Shown piece by piece: positions 38,831-48,405 of a stretch of 64,000 nt of DNA (position 1 is its first letter; every line of letters starts with the position of its first letter). The position numbers and the translations under genes were made by a program. Source of the stretch: Candidatus Poribacteria bacterium (lineage in GTDB: Bacteria; Poribacteria; WGA-4E; WGA-3G); assembly GCA_963665235.2 (NCBI GenBank), contig CAXXLX010000001.1, positions 3,584,001 to 3,648,000 of the forward strand, in the 5' to 3' direction. Under the pieces are notes generated by a model. It searched no databases. It was given only the letters and a program-made list of their open reading frames with translations, and was not told the DNA's origin.

Positions 38831-40204
38831 CTAAACGGAAATCTTACGGAGGCGCGCCGCAAACGCACCATCAACGCCATGTTCATGTGGAAACGTCTGG
38901 AGAAAACCGTCCGGGGTTATCGCGCTTTGTGGAACATCAGGCAAAAACGGATGGCCGTTCTCCACTGCATACATCGGAAAATTCTTTAGAAATCGACGAA
39001 TGACTTCCTCATTCTCCATCGGTTCAATGCTACAGGTGCTGTAAACTAAAATACCGCCATGTTTAATGTATTGTGCTGCGTTCTTGAGTAGATTATACTG
39101 TAGTTCAGTGAGGGTGCGGAGCTGCTCGGGTGTTTTGTTCCATCGGATATCGGGGTGCCGACGAAGTGTCCCAAACCCTGAACACGGCACATCAAGCAGC
39201 ACTGCATCAGCAGTGTTAATAAAGCTGAGGTCGGCTTTTGTTGCATCCAATGTTCGGGTTTGGACATTGCGTGCCCCGATACGTCGGCAGTTCTCTTCCA
39301 GTAGCGAGAGTTTTTTCTCTGAAATATCTACGGCGATAATTTTTCCTGAATTCTCCATCAGGCATGCAAGGTGCGTTGTCTTGCCCCCCGGGGCGGCACA
39401 CAAATCTACCACGTATTGTGGCGATTCTGACATAAGCAGGTACGGCACTAACATCGCACTCTCATCTTGCACATAGACATCAGCGCGGTTGAGCACATCC
39501 TTTAGTGTCTTCTCATCGGGAGTGTTAGAGGCAGCATCATAAGCGGTAATCGAGCGATTGGCAATTACGATGCCATCCGGGGCAATTTCGGAAACTTTAG
39601 TAGGCAGCCCATTCGCCATGAACGATTGCTGGAGGTCTTCACAGGATATTAGGAGGGAATTCACACGGAAAGCGAGCGGTGCAACCTGATTGCTCGCGCG
39701 ACAGAATGCCAAAGTCCAATTGACCCCGCGTGTCTCAATCCATCTTTTCACTAACCACTCCGGATAGGACAAAGAGAACGTTATATGTTCTATCGGATTC
39801 GTCTCAAGCGATGGGTAGGCAAGCGTCGACGCTTTGCGTTGTACAGCACGCAAAACCGCATTGACGAAGCCGGCTGTCTTCCGACTGCGTTTGGCAAGTT
39901 GAACGGTCTCAAAAATCGCAGCGTGCGGCGGAATACCATCGAGATGTAGCAGTTGGAACGCACCGAGCCGCAAGATAGCTCGATGTCTTGCATCCAACCG
40001 GAACTGTGGATTGATGAAGTGTTCTAACACCCAATCCAATTGCTGCTGCCAACGGATAACCCCGTAGACCAAACCGTTTGCCAATCGGCGTTCGCGGCCG
40101 TCCAGACCGTGCTTCCGAAATGCATCGTCAACCACAGAAGCAATTGACGCTTGGGTCTTGGAAAGGTGCAGAAGGCATTCGAGGGCAACTTCACGAACGT
40201 TCAT
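38831..40204 (-). CDS. rsmB: 16S rRNA m5C967 methyltransferase
   Basis: NusB-like N-domain, VQDESA, DLCAAPGGKT, DVPCSGFG, YSTCS. Confidence 0.95.
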   Translation of the reverse strand: MNVREVALECLLHLSKTQASIASVVDDAFRKHGLDGRERRLANGLVYGVIRWQQQLDWVLEHFINPQFRLDARHRAILRLGAFQLLHLDGIPPHAAIFETVQLAKRSRKTAGFVNAVLRAVQRKASTLAYPSLETNPIEHITFSLSYPEWLVKRWIETRGVNWTLAFCRASNQVAPLAFRVNSLLISCEDLQQSFMANGLPTKVSEIAPDGIVIANRSITAYDAASNTPDEKTLKDVLNRADVYVQDESAMLVPYLLMSESPQYVVDLCAAPGGKTTHLACLMENSGKIIAVDISEKKLSLLEENCRRIGARNVQTRTLDATKADLSFINTADAVLLDVPCSGFGTLRRHPDIRWNKTPEQLRTLTELQYNLLKNAAQYIKHGGILVYSTCSIEPMENEEVIRRFLKNFPMYAVENGHPFLPDVPQSAITPDGFLQTFPHEHGVDGAFAARLRKISV

Positions 40205-40251
40205 ATCTTATCTTCCGAGCCATGCTAAGGGCTTCAAGGTAGGGCATGGCA

Positions 40252-40524
40252 CTAGGCATTTTGTGCTATGAGCGCGTTCAGCTGGCGGGTAAGCCGTGAC
40301 TTTTGTCGATTTGCTGTACCCTTTTTGATAACACCCTTACCGGCAGCTCTATCTAAGAGGCTTGACGTGGTCCTGCATAGTTGCTGTGCCGTTTCAACGT
40401 TCCCTTCAGCCAGCGCGCGTTCTGTATTTTTCAGCGATGTCCTGAGCGTCGCTTTACGATGTCGATTCCGTGCACGTTTTGTTTTATCCGAGCGTACACG
40501 TTTCATTGCTGATTGTCTATTCAA
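40252..40524 (-). CDS. rpsT: 30S ribosomal protein S20
   Basis: SAMKRVR...RNRHRK, LDRAAGKGVIKKGTANRQKSRL. Confidence 0.93.
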   Translation of the reverse strand: MNRQSAMKRVRSDKTKRARNRHRKATLRTSLKNTERALAEGNVETAQQLCRTTSSLLDRAAGKGVIKKGTANRQKSRLTRQLNALIAQNA

Positions 40525-40649
40525 AACAGTAAACTCCTTTTAAATTTTTACGTAGCGATTTGTCTCCTTTAATGATACCACAAAAATTGACGTTTGTCCA
40601 CATTTTTTTTCGACTCGGCAGAGACATTCGCTAAGCAGCATGATCTGTC

Positions 40650-42254
40650 TCACCGCAAAATCGCCAACTTTTTCATAAGGGTATATGTTTCCCCCTTCGC
40701 CACCACCGAAATCTGACAGATATACACCCCCGGTGAGACAGCTAATCCGTAAGCGGTTTGCTGATTCCACCACGTCCGCCATATACGGCCGTCGAGCCGA
40801 TCGGAGACCCCATCAATCCGTTTAATTAGATTGCCTTGTGCATCATAGATTAACACCTGCATACTCGTCATCTCCAGATTCGCCTCAACGCGAAATTCGG
40901 TTGGCGTGTCAGAGCGCACCGGGTTCGGAAATAGCACAACCTCTTTCCATGCAAACGCCTCCGTTAAGACGACAGTCTGCGACACAGATGCCGCACCGAG
41001 TGGATACCGCACCGTCACGAGCACGACGTTCTTCCCCGATGCTAACGGCACTTTCGCCGTATAAGTTTGCGTTTCTCTATTCAATTCCGCCATTACATTG
41101 CTTGGATAGACGATAATATCGATAGGAAAATCTGACCGGAACGTGCCACTAATCTCCACAGGACTCTTTTTGACTGTGGCTGGCAGCGCAAACGTTATTT
41201 CCGGCATCTGTAGCGTCGGGTCGAACATATCGGTAAGAAGACTATCCACTGTAACCAGGACCAGCTGCGTCACCTTTCGGACCAGCCCGAAGTTGACTTT
41301 GTCTACGGTATCGCGGAAGGTATGATAGAACGGATTGGCATCGTAGTTTTGCGAATCGCGCCACGGCGTAGAACTCTCAATTAGCGTGACCGCCGGATAA
41401 CCTGAATCCCAGAAAGGTTTATGAGAGGAAATATCGACAAACTCATCCTGCGTGCGGCGGATTTTCAAGCCGATGTCATACCAAGCATTGGCAATCGTGA
41501 GGGCACTGCTTATCCAGGCAGATTCCCTATTTGTGATAACCTCAACCAGGTCGCTTTTCCAATTGAAACCGAGCATGTCTAAGTTGAGCACAGCAGCAAT
41601 TTTTTCGGAGGCAGGTGTCCGCTTGGGATTTGAAAAGTCGTCATTGCTGTTTCCAGTAGCGAGGGCTTGACGGATATAGTGTCGACTGCCGAGAAAACCG
41701 AGCTCTTCACCACCGAGCGCAACAAATTTTAACGTATGTTCATATTCATATTGGCTTAAGAGGGACGCGATTTCCAGCAGGGCTGCTACACCAGTCCCGT
41801 TATTGTTCGCCCCCGGTGCGCGAGAAGCTAGCGGATTCCAATTCGGCTCGCGCCCCGCCTGCGTATCGTAATGGGCACATATTATAAAAACACGTTTGCT
41901 AGCGGAGGTCGCCTTCGGGGGTAGGACCGCCACAACGTTCCGGATACCACCTGCCACCTGCTCGCTCACTTGGAGCCGCCGAGAACGCCGAAACTGATTT
42001 GTAATGTAACGTACCACGTTCTCCGTCGCCTCGCGGTGATGTGCACTGCGGGTGCGGTACGCGTGTTTACGTGGGAAAAATTCCACATTTTCCTGCAACG
42101 CTGTAACATGCCCCTCAAGTGCATTGGACTGCACCAACGTAAGCAATTCATCGCCCCGCATCTGTGCCGCTGAACTCACACTACGCAACTCGCCTGTGAA
42201 GAGAAAGGTAAAAAATGAAATAGAGAAAAAAAATATGTAAAATTGCCTTGACAT
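40650..42254 (-). CDS. M28-family metallopeptidase with C-terminal Ig/FlgD-like domain
   Basis: ICAHYD, PGANNNGTG, GEELGFLGS, LNLDM, YHTFRD; C-terminal FPNP...IYDAQG...PGVYI. Confidence 0.85.
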   Translation of the reverse strand: MSRQFYIFFFSISFFTFLFTGELRSVSSAAQMRGDELLTLVQSNALEGHVTALQENVEFFPRKHAYRTRSAHHREATENVVRYITNQFRRSRRLQVSEQVAGGIRNVVAVLPPKATSASKRVFIICAHYDTQAGREPNWNPLASRAPGANNNGTGVAALLEIASLLSQYEYEHTLKFVALGGEELGFLGSRHYIRQALATGNSNDDFSNPKRTPASEKIAAVLNLDMLGFNWKSDLVEVITNRESAWISSALTIANAWYDIGLKIRRTQDEFVDISSHKPFWDSGYPAVTLIESSTPWRDSQNYDANPFYHTFRDTVDKVNFGLVRKVTQLVLVTVDSLLTDMFDPTLQMPEITFALPATVKKSPVEISGTFRSDFPIDIIVYPSNVMAELNRETQTYTAKVPLASGKNVVLVTVRYPLGAASVSQTVVLTEAFAWKEVVLFPNPVRSDTPTEFRVEANLEMTSMQVLIYDAQGNLIKRIDGVSDRLDGRIWRTWWNQQTAYGLAVSPGVYICQISVVAKGETYTLMKKLAILR

Positions 42255-42317
42255 ATTACTGAAATTTTTGTATCCTATTAATTGAAATAATCACGGTGCT
42301 GGGCATGCCCCATCATC

Positions 42318-42464
42318 TATTGGCTAATTGGCTGTTGGCTGTTGGAAACTTATGGAAACCATTAGCAAAGAGGAAGAGGGGTTTGACGCGCGTCAAAAAT
42401 CTGATTATAATCGCAACATCTTGCTAATTGCTAATTGCCAATCGCCAATCGCCAATCGCCAATT
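42318..42464. repeat. Heptamer-flanked dispersed repeat, copy 3
   Basis: (TTGGCTG)n TTATGGAAACC...AAGAGG..TGACGCG...CTT(GCTAATT/GCCAATC)n. Confidence 0.75.
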
Positions 42465-42516
42465 ATCATTTTAGCAGCTCTTCCGAGGCACTGCAACAAA
42501 AATTTGGAGTTTCATC

Positions 42517-43464
42517 ATGCCAGCTAATTTACCGCCGACGTACTACAAACTCAAACATCAACATGAAGCCGCTAAAACGGATGAAGAACGGCTTATCTTG
42601 TTAGAAGAGATGTTGCGTATCGCCCCAAAACACAAAGGCACAGAAAAGGTTGTTTCCGACCTCCGCAAACGTATCGCAAAATTGAGAAAGACGGTATCCG
42701 GCACTGCTGGCGGTAAGGGAGGCCGAAAAAAGGGGTACAGTCAGCATATTCCAAAACAGGGGGCAGGGCAAATTGTCCTCCTCGGGCCACCGAATAGCGG
42801 TAAATCGCTAATCCTTGCAACCTTCACAAAAGCAAAGGCTGAGGTTTCACCAACACCTTATACAACAACGACACCAACAGTCGGCATGCTCCCATATCAA
42901 AATATTCAATTTCAGCTGATTGACACCCCCTCTCTCATGCCGGACTTTGTTCCGCCCTTTTTTATAGTTTTGATTAGAAACGTTGAGCTGCTTGCCATAG
43001 TCATTAGCCTTGCCAGCGATAATCTGTTAGATGACTTAGACATGACTCGCTCAGTTTTACAAGAAGCAGAAGTAGACACACAGGTCATCATCGTGGCGAA
43101 CCAATTGGACGAAGCCGGGGCAGAGGACAGATTGGAGATTCTTCAGGAATTTTATGCGGACACATTGCCGATTTACCCGCTCTCTGCCAAGACTAACGTT
43201 GGCATTGATGCTTTATCGAAGGCGTTCTATGAAACGTTAGACATCATGCGGGTGTATCCTAAAGCCCCTGGGCAATCCGTTGAACGTGATGCCCCAATTG
43301 TCCTCCCCAACGGTGCGACCGTCCTTGATGCTGCCCTCGGTTTACACAAAGATTTTGCTGACTTCAAGTTTGCACGAATATGGGGCCCCCAATGGCACGA
43401 TGGGCAACCTGTCAGCCGCAGCGATGTTATTCATGATGGAGACGTGGTTGAATTTCATTTGTAG
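42517..43464 (+). CDS. DRG/OBG-like GTP-binding protein with TGS domain
   Basis: MPANLPP, PKHKGTEK, GPPNSGKS, PYTTT, QLIDTP, C-terminal TGS ARIWG...DGDVVEFH. Confidence 0.88.
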   Translation: MPANLPPTYYKLKHQHEAAKTDEERLILLEEMLRIAPKHKGTEKVVSDLRKRIAKLRKTVSGTAGGKGGRKKGYSQHIPKQGAGQIVLLGPPNSGKSLILATFTKAKAEVSPTPYTTTTPTVGMLPYQNIQFQLIDTPSLMPDFVPPFFIVLIRNVELLAIVISLASDNLLDDLDMTRSVLQEAEVDTQVIIVANQLDEAGAEDRLEILQEFYADTLPIYPLSAKTNVGIDALSKAFYETLDIMRVYPKAPGQSVERDAPIVLPNGATVLDAALGLHKDFADFKFARIWGPQWHDGQPVSRSDVIHDGDVVEFHL

Positions 43465-43531
43465 ATAACCGATGCTTACCAGCGGAAAATCATCGGCAAT
43501 TTGGAAATCGGATTACCTTGGAGGCAGAAAC

Positions 43532-45127
43532 ATGAGAAGTAGGAAAAGAACACATCCATATCTAGTATATTCGTTCTTCATTCACCTTGTCATTTTGATT
43601 GGTGTGTGGTGGATATCGCCGAAAAATCTACCGGTGCCAGATGCGAACCCAGAGTTTTTCGTTGAGGCGATTTTCGAGGTACCACGTCCTGTTGTGGCAC
43701 CCTCGAAGGAAATCGAAGAATCGCCGCCTGCTCCGCCCCCAGCTGAACCTGTCACGCCATCGGTAGCAGCAGTTGAGAGCCCCCCCACGCCAGCGAAACC
43801 GACATCCGGGCTGGGCACCGAATGGTTAGCCGTTAGCAATGAACCGGCACTTGCTACTCACAATCGGGAGAACACGTCTACGAAGCAGACTGAAGTCCGC
43901 CTGCAAGAAAAACTTGGAGCCCCTCGAAATCCTAACGACATAACCACACAGCGGAACGTGCCTACTGCCTTAACACCTAGCAGTCGAGACATGCTTAAAC
44001 TGCCAACGGCATCTACAACTGCCGCTGCAGCACCACAAGCAGAAGCAAATCCTATTGTGCTCAATATAGATAACGCCTTAAAAAGCGAGTCCCCAACGGT
44101 AGGTACCCCAAAAGTTCGATATGGGAGCCAACGTGGCGACGCGCTTCAAGCGACAGCGATAGGCAACTCCTGGGGAGGTGGAAGCAGCTCGGGGAATTCA
44201 CATACAGGCGGAATTTATGTTACGATGATGAAGGACATCGCGCGAGAAATCGCAGCAGCTGCGACAAGTCGTAAGGTAGATGTTGTTTTTGTCCTGGATG
44301 AAACCGCAAGCATGATAGACAATCTCCGCGGCATCCGAGCTTACCTCGGAGATTTCCTCATGGAAACGTTTGAACGAGAAAAACACGATGCCGCCTTCGG
44401 ATTGGTGACCTTTACAGATAAACCGAAAATGCACGGACACACGACCGATTTTGGAACCTTCAAAAACTGGCTCTTTAAAATAAACGTTGCGGGCGGAGGG
44501 GATATATCCGAAGCGGGCTTGGACGCACTGATGACAGCCGTAGCAATGATGAAATTTCGACACGGCGCACAACGATTCTTTATCCTCGCAAGTGACAGCT
44601 CCTTTCACGATGCGGATTACGATGGAAAGTCTGTCTATAGTTTAGATAGAGTTATTGAAACCTTGCAAAGTGAAAAGATTCGCGTCGACGTTATTGGGCT
44701 CGATTATCTTCCAATCAAACAAATTGCCAAGGCGACAGGTGGCACCTGGCGCGCAATCCCCGGCAGAGGCTATCTAGAGTATATTCCCCCGCTAACCTTA
44801 ACGGTAAAAATGTTATCCAAATTAGGGACGCTCAGCGTTGATGGAGGTACCCTCGGCGATAAGATTACGGTGCATCTTAACAACAACACTGCGCGCCCGA
44901 AACAACTGACCCTAACCTATAAGGTGCTTAACCCGCTAGGCGAGCGGTGCTACGGCCCCTTCACAGAGAAGCGAAATATTCCGGATGATGCCTCAGCGGC
45001 ACTGGAATTAACACCTGAATTGAATAGAGCCGCTTTTCAGACGATACCGGGCATCTACACTGTCATTTATCGTCTTGAAAACGAGAAGGGACACCGAAGT
45101 ATCCTCCGCAGAACCCTAACATATTAA
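43532..45127 (+). CDS. Membrane-anchored vWA-domain protein
   Basis: TM, Pro-rich linker, DVVFVLDETASM (MIDAS-like), GGGDISE. Confidence 0.8.
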   Translation: MRSRKRTHPYLVYSFFIHLVILIGVWWISPKNLPVPDANPEFFVEAIFEVPRPVVAPSKEIEESPPAPPPAEPVTPSVAAVESPPTPAKPTSGLGTEWLAVSNEPALATHNRENTSTKQTEVRLQEKLGAPRNPNDITTQRNVPTALTPSSRDMLKLPTASTTAAAAPQAEANPIVLNIDNALKSESPTVGTPKVRYGSQRGDALQATAIGNSWGGGSSSGNSHTGGIYVTMMKDIAREIAAAATSRKVDVVFVLDETASMIDNLRGIRAYLGDFLMETFEREKHDAAFGLVTFTDKPKMHGHTTDFGTFKNWLFKINVAGGGDISEAGLDALMTAVAMMKFRHGAQRFFILASDSSFHDADYDGKSVYSLDRVIETLQSEKIRVDVIGLDYLPIKQIAKATGGTWRAIPGRGYLEYIPPLTLTVKMLSKLGTLSVDGGTLGDKITVHLNNNTARPKQLTLTYKVLNPLGERCYGPFTEKRNIPDDASAALELTPELNRAAFQTIPGIYTVIYRLENEKGHRSILRRTLTY

Positions 45128-45128
45128 A

Positions 45129-46313
45129 ATGAAAAATTTAATTTTTGAGCAGTGTCATCATCATTTTAACGATATTGTCGCTATCCGCCGCGATATTCAT
45201 CAACACCCGGAATTGGAATTTGATGTTCAACGCACTGCCGGTATCGCCGCTGATGCACTTCATGCACTTGGCATCCCTGTGAAAACCGGTATCGGCAAAA
45301 CAGGCGTTGTTGGCGACTTAGAGGTCCCAGGGGCAACAAAACGTATCGCGCTCCGAGCAGACATGGACGCGCTCCCAATTCAGGAATACACCGATGTCCC
45401 CTATAAATCAAAAATTGATGGCAAAGCACACCTGTGTGGACACGATGCACACACTGCAATGCTCATCGGTACTGCAAGAATTCTAGCACATTTCAGAAGC
45501 AGCCTCAAAGCGAACATCAGATTTGTCTTTCAACCGTGTGAAGAAGCATTCCCCTGCGGTGCCCCCGCAATGATAGCAGATGGCGTACTGGAAGATGTAG
45601 ATGAAATCTACGGTTTACATGTCTTTCCGCTCTATCCGGTAGGCAAATTCGCTACCTGTGTTGGCCCTATGCTTGCCCAATCAGATACGTTTGAGATTAC
45701 ACTCATCGGAAAGGGGGGACATGCCGCATTCCCACATCTCACCGCCGACCCGATTCTTATTGGCGCGCAATTTGTAACGGCGGTGCAGTCCATAGTCTCA
45801 AGGAATGTCAATCCGTTAGACCCCGCGGTTGTCAGCATTACACAGTTCCACGCGGGGGATGCTAAAAACGTCATTCCACCTGCGGTCACTCTCGGTGGAA
45901 CAGTTCGGACGTTGAACGAAGGGGTGCAGACACAAGTTAAAGCACAGTTAGAAAAGCACCTCGCTGGCATTACAGCTGCCCACGATGCGACTTATACGTT
46001 CGCTTACCGAGAGGGATGCCCGGTGACATATAACCATGAACCTTGCGTCGCTACAGCAGTCGCTGCAGCACGAGAGCTAGTCGGCACGGACAACGTCATG
46101 TTCCCGATACCGCCAATACTTGGTGGTGAAGATTTCGCCTATTATTCGCAACGGATTCCTGCCTGTTTCATTATGGTAGGCGCAGGCAATGAATCAAAAG
46201 GCATCGTCAACATGTGTCATCACCCGCAATTTGATATTGACGAAATCTGCATGATATACGGCATGGCACTCACTGTGAGCATTGCGTTGGCCGGAGGCGA
46301 TGCTAAATCCTAA
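45129..46313 (+). CDS. M20D-family amidohydrolase
   Basis: HQHPEL, LRADMDALP, HLCGHDAH, QPCEE, GGEDF, HHPQFD. Confidence 0.93.
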   Translation: MKNLIFEQCHHHFNDIVAIRRDIHQHPELEFDVQRTAGIAADALHALGIPVKTGIGKTGVVGDLEVPGATKRIALRADMDALPIQEYTDVPYKSKIDGKAHLCGHDAHTAMLIGTARILAHFRSSLKANIRFVFQPCEEAFPCGAPAMIADGVLEDVDEIYGLHVFPLYPVGKFATCVGPMLAQSDTFEITLIGKGGHAAFPHLTADPILIGAQFVTAVQSIVSRNVNPLDPAVVSITQFHAGDAKNVIPPAVTLGGTVRTLNEGVQTQVKAQLEKHLAGITAAHDATYTFAYREGCPVTYNHEPCVATAVAAARELVGTDNVMFPIPPILGGEDFAYYSQRIPACFIMVGAGNESKGIVNMCHHPQFDIDEICMIYGMALTVSIALAGGDAKS

Positions 46314-47254
46314 TACCCCTTCTGTTTATCAATGACACTGAGAAGCGGTTTTCCGACTATAAATCGTGCTAGGTTATCGCAAAAGAGTTTTACCGTCCGG
46401 TCCAATCGAATTGGGGAGCCGCCAGCGACGTGCGGTGTAATGATTACGTTGGGCATGTCCCATAACGGGCTATCCGCTGGTAAGGGCTCTTCTGGCGTAA
46501 CATCTAGCCCCGCCCCCCCGATAAGTCCGGCGTTGAGTGCGTGAAGCAGCGCGGGCCCGTCAACAATCTTCCCGCGCGTGACGTTGATAAGTAGTGCATG
46601 CGGTTTCATAGCACGGAACGCTGCATTGTCAAACATGCCCAACGTTTCCGGCGTCAACGGCGCGCAGATAGAAACGATGTCGGATGCGGAGAGTAGTTCA
46701 TGGAATCGGTCCATCTGCCAAACTTCGTGGACAAATGTGGGGGGCTCTACCGCCTCCGGGTCAACAGCGATGACGTGCATGTCGAACCCTGCTGCTCGCC
46801 TTGCCACTTCAATACCGGTGCCGCCGAGTCCAACAATACCGAGCGTACGTTCGCTTAATTCCCACGTCGATTCTCGGATAGACATACGGTTATTCCAGGT
46901 CCGTTCACGCACCGAACGGCCAACGCCGCGGAGCAGCCCGAGAGCTAACGCCCACGCCTGGTCAGCCAGATGCGTCCCGACGAACCCTTTTGCACTGGTT
47001 AGGATAATATCACTCTCAACGAATTCCGGAAACAGGATACCATCAACCCCTGCTGCCCATACTTGTACCCACTTAAGTTGTTCAGCTTTCTCAAAAAGTG
47101 CGCGGCTGAACCCCCCGAAAACGATGTCGGTATCCACAATTTCTTGCAACGTCGCTTCCGAATTCTGTGGTTTAGCGAGCTGCAATGTATCAGAAACGGC
47201 GGTTATCTGTTGCTGTTGTGCCGAAGTGATATCGGTTGTAATTAAAATTTTCAT
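46310..47254 (-). CDS. D-2-hydroxyacid dehydrogenase
   Basis: GIVGLGGTG, PLTPET, INVTRG, LDVTPEEPL, TPHVAG. Confidence 0.93.
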   Translation of the reverse strand: MKILITTDITSAQQQQITAVSDTLQLAKPQNSEATLQEIVDTDIVFGGFSRALFEKAEQLKWVQVWAAGVDGILFPEFVESDIILTSAKGFVGTHLADQAWALALGLLRGVGRSVRERTWNNRMSIRESTWELSERTLGIVGLGGTGIEVARRAAGFDMHVIAVDPEAVEPPTFVHEVWQMDRFHELLSASDIVSICAPLTPETLGMFDNAAFRAMKPHALLINVTRGKIVDGPALLHALNAGLIGGAGLDVTPEEPLPADSPLWDMPNVIITPHVAGGSPIRLDRTVKLFCDNLARFIVGKPLLSVIDKQKGY

Positions 47255-47315
47255 GTTGACATTCCTTCTGTTTGGTGGTATTCTATATGCTAAACGACAT
47301 ATAAGGAGAACTATA

Positions 47316-47819
47316 ATGATACATTCAGATTTAAGGCGATTATGTTCCGTGCTGTTCACCATTTTTTCCATCAGCCTCATACTCGCTACAGGTTTCATCG
47401 CCGGGTGCGGAGACGAAGGCGATTCTGCCACAGATATAGTCAACGGAGATAACACCAACGGTACCGTTGACCCACCTGACGACCCAACAGTTGAGGAACC
47501 TGACGACCCGGTGGTTGTGGAACCGAAAGTTTCCTATAAGGATGAAATTTCACCGCTACTCACCCAGAAATGTGCGTTCGTCGGATGCCACTCTGTTAAC
47601 GCTCCAGCGGGAGGGCTTGACCTCACTAACTACGATGCCTTCAAAAAGGGAGGAAACAGTGGGGCCGCATTCATCGCGAAAGATGGCAAGGGAAGCCTAA
47701 TTGTAACACGTATAGATGGCACTAAACTCCCAATAATGCCTCTTGGGGGTGTTCCTCTAAACCAAGATGAAGTCCAACTTTTTATTGACTGGATTGATGA
47801 AGGTGCCGAGAACAATTAG
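47316..47819 (+). CDS. Lipoprotein with planctomycete-type cytochrome c domain
   Basis: RBS AAGGAG, lipobox FIAGC, CAFVGCH, GLDL, MPLGG, WIDEGA. Confidence 0.8.
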   Translation: MIHSDLRRLCSVLFTIFSISLILATGFIAGCGDEGDSATDIVNGDNTNGTVDPPDDPTVEEPDDPVVVEPKVSYKDEISPLLTQKCAFVGCHSVNAPAGGLDLTNYDAFKKGGNSGAAFIAKDGKGSLIVTRIDGTKLPIMPLGGVPLNQDEVQLFIDWIDEGAENN

Positions 47820-47899
47820 CTGATGTTGGCGCGTCCAATGCCTCTATAGCGTGTTAATAGCTCGAAAACGGTTTCCAATAGTGAAATTTTTGAACCTTC

Positions 47900-48011
47900 A
47901 GGACTTACGCAGCGCGTTGATAAACCCTAATGATAGTGGAATCTAGAGCAAGACGTAGCGGGCAGGGAGACCCCGCCCCTACAAGGTTTCTGATAAATTT
48001 GCGTAAGTCCT
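47900..48011. mobile_element. 112-bp MITE containing a REP-like hairpin
   Basis: TIRs AGGACTTACGCA / TGCGTAAGTCCT; direct repeat AACCTTC at 47893-47899 and 48012-48018. Confidence 0.85.
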
Positions 48012-48130
48012 AACCTTCATGAAACGTACTCCACCTCTTTGTATCGTAGCACTGTTTGACGTTCATGTCAAGGCGAAAAAATTTGCCGTTATCCAGACAA
48101 TTTACAATGCAGTCATCTTGTAGGATACTA

Positions 48131-48185
48131 CGCAGAATATGCAGTGTTAATCATGCAAAATATGCTAACTATGCAAAATATGCAG
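48131..48185. promoter_or_regulatory. Putative enhancer array (3x GCA(A/G)AATATGC)
   Basis: cgcagaatatgcag, tgcaaaatatgcta, tgcaaaatatgcag upstream of sigma54 promoter. Confidence 0.6.
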
Positions 48186-48232
48186 AGTTGGAAAGTGGCT
48201 GATATGCTTTAGCAGTAGGAGTTCTTAAAATT

Positions 48233-48248
48233 TGGCACGAGAATTGCT
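48233..48248 (+). promoter_or_regulatory. Sigma54 promoter
   Basis: TGGCACGAGAATTGCT, GG-N10-GC. Confidence 0.85.
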
Positions 48249-48405
48249 AATAGGCATATAGAAATTCTTTGTGTGTTGAAACCGTTTTCTATCCAAAGAT
48301 GTTTAACGTCAGGCACGCCACGATAAATTGCACAACCTCTCACCAAGGGGCTATTAAATCCAGTCTCTTATCATAGGTGTGTCGTACGAAATTTGGAGGT
48401 ATAAG

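Noticed and set aside
46578-47315. N-terminal 246 codons of the 413-aa plus-strand ORF
   Set aside because: Antisense to the dehydrogenase; real gene starts at ATG 47316 after AAGGAG
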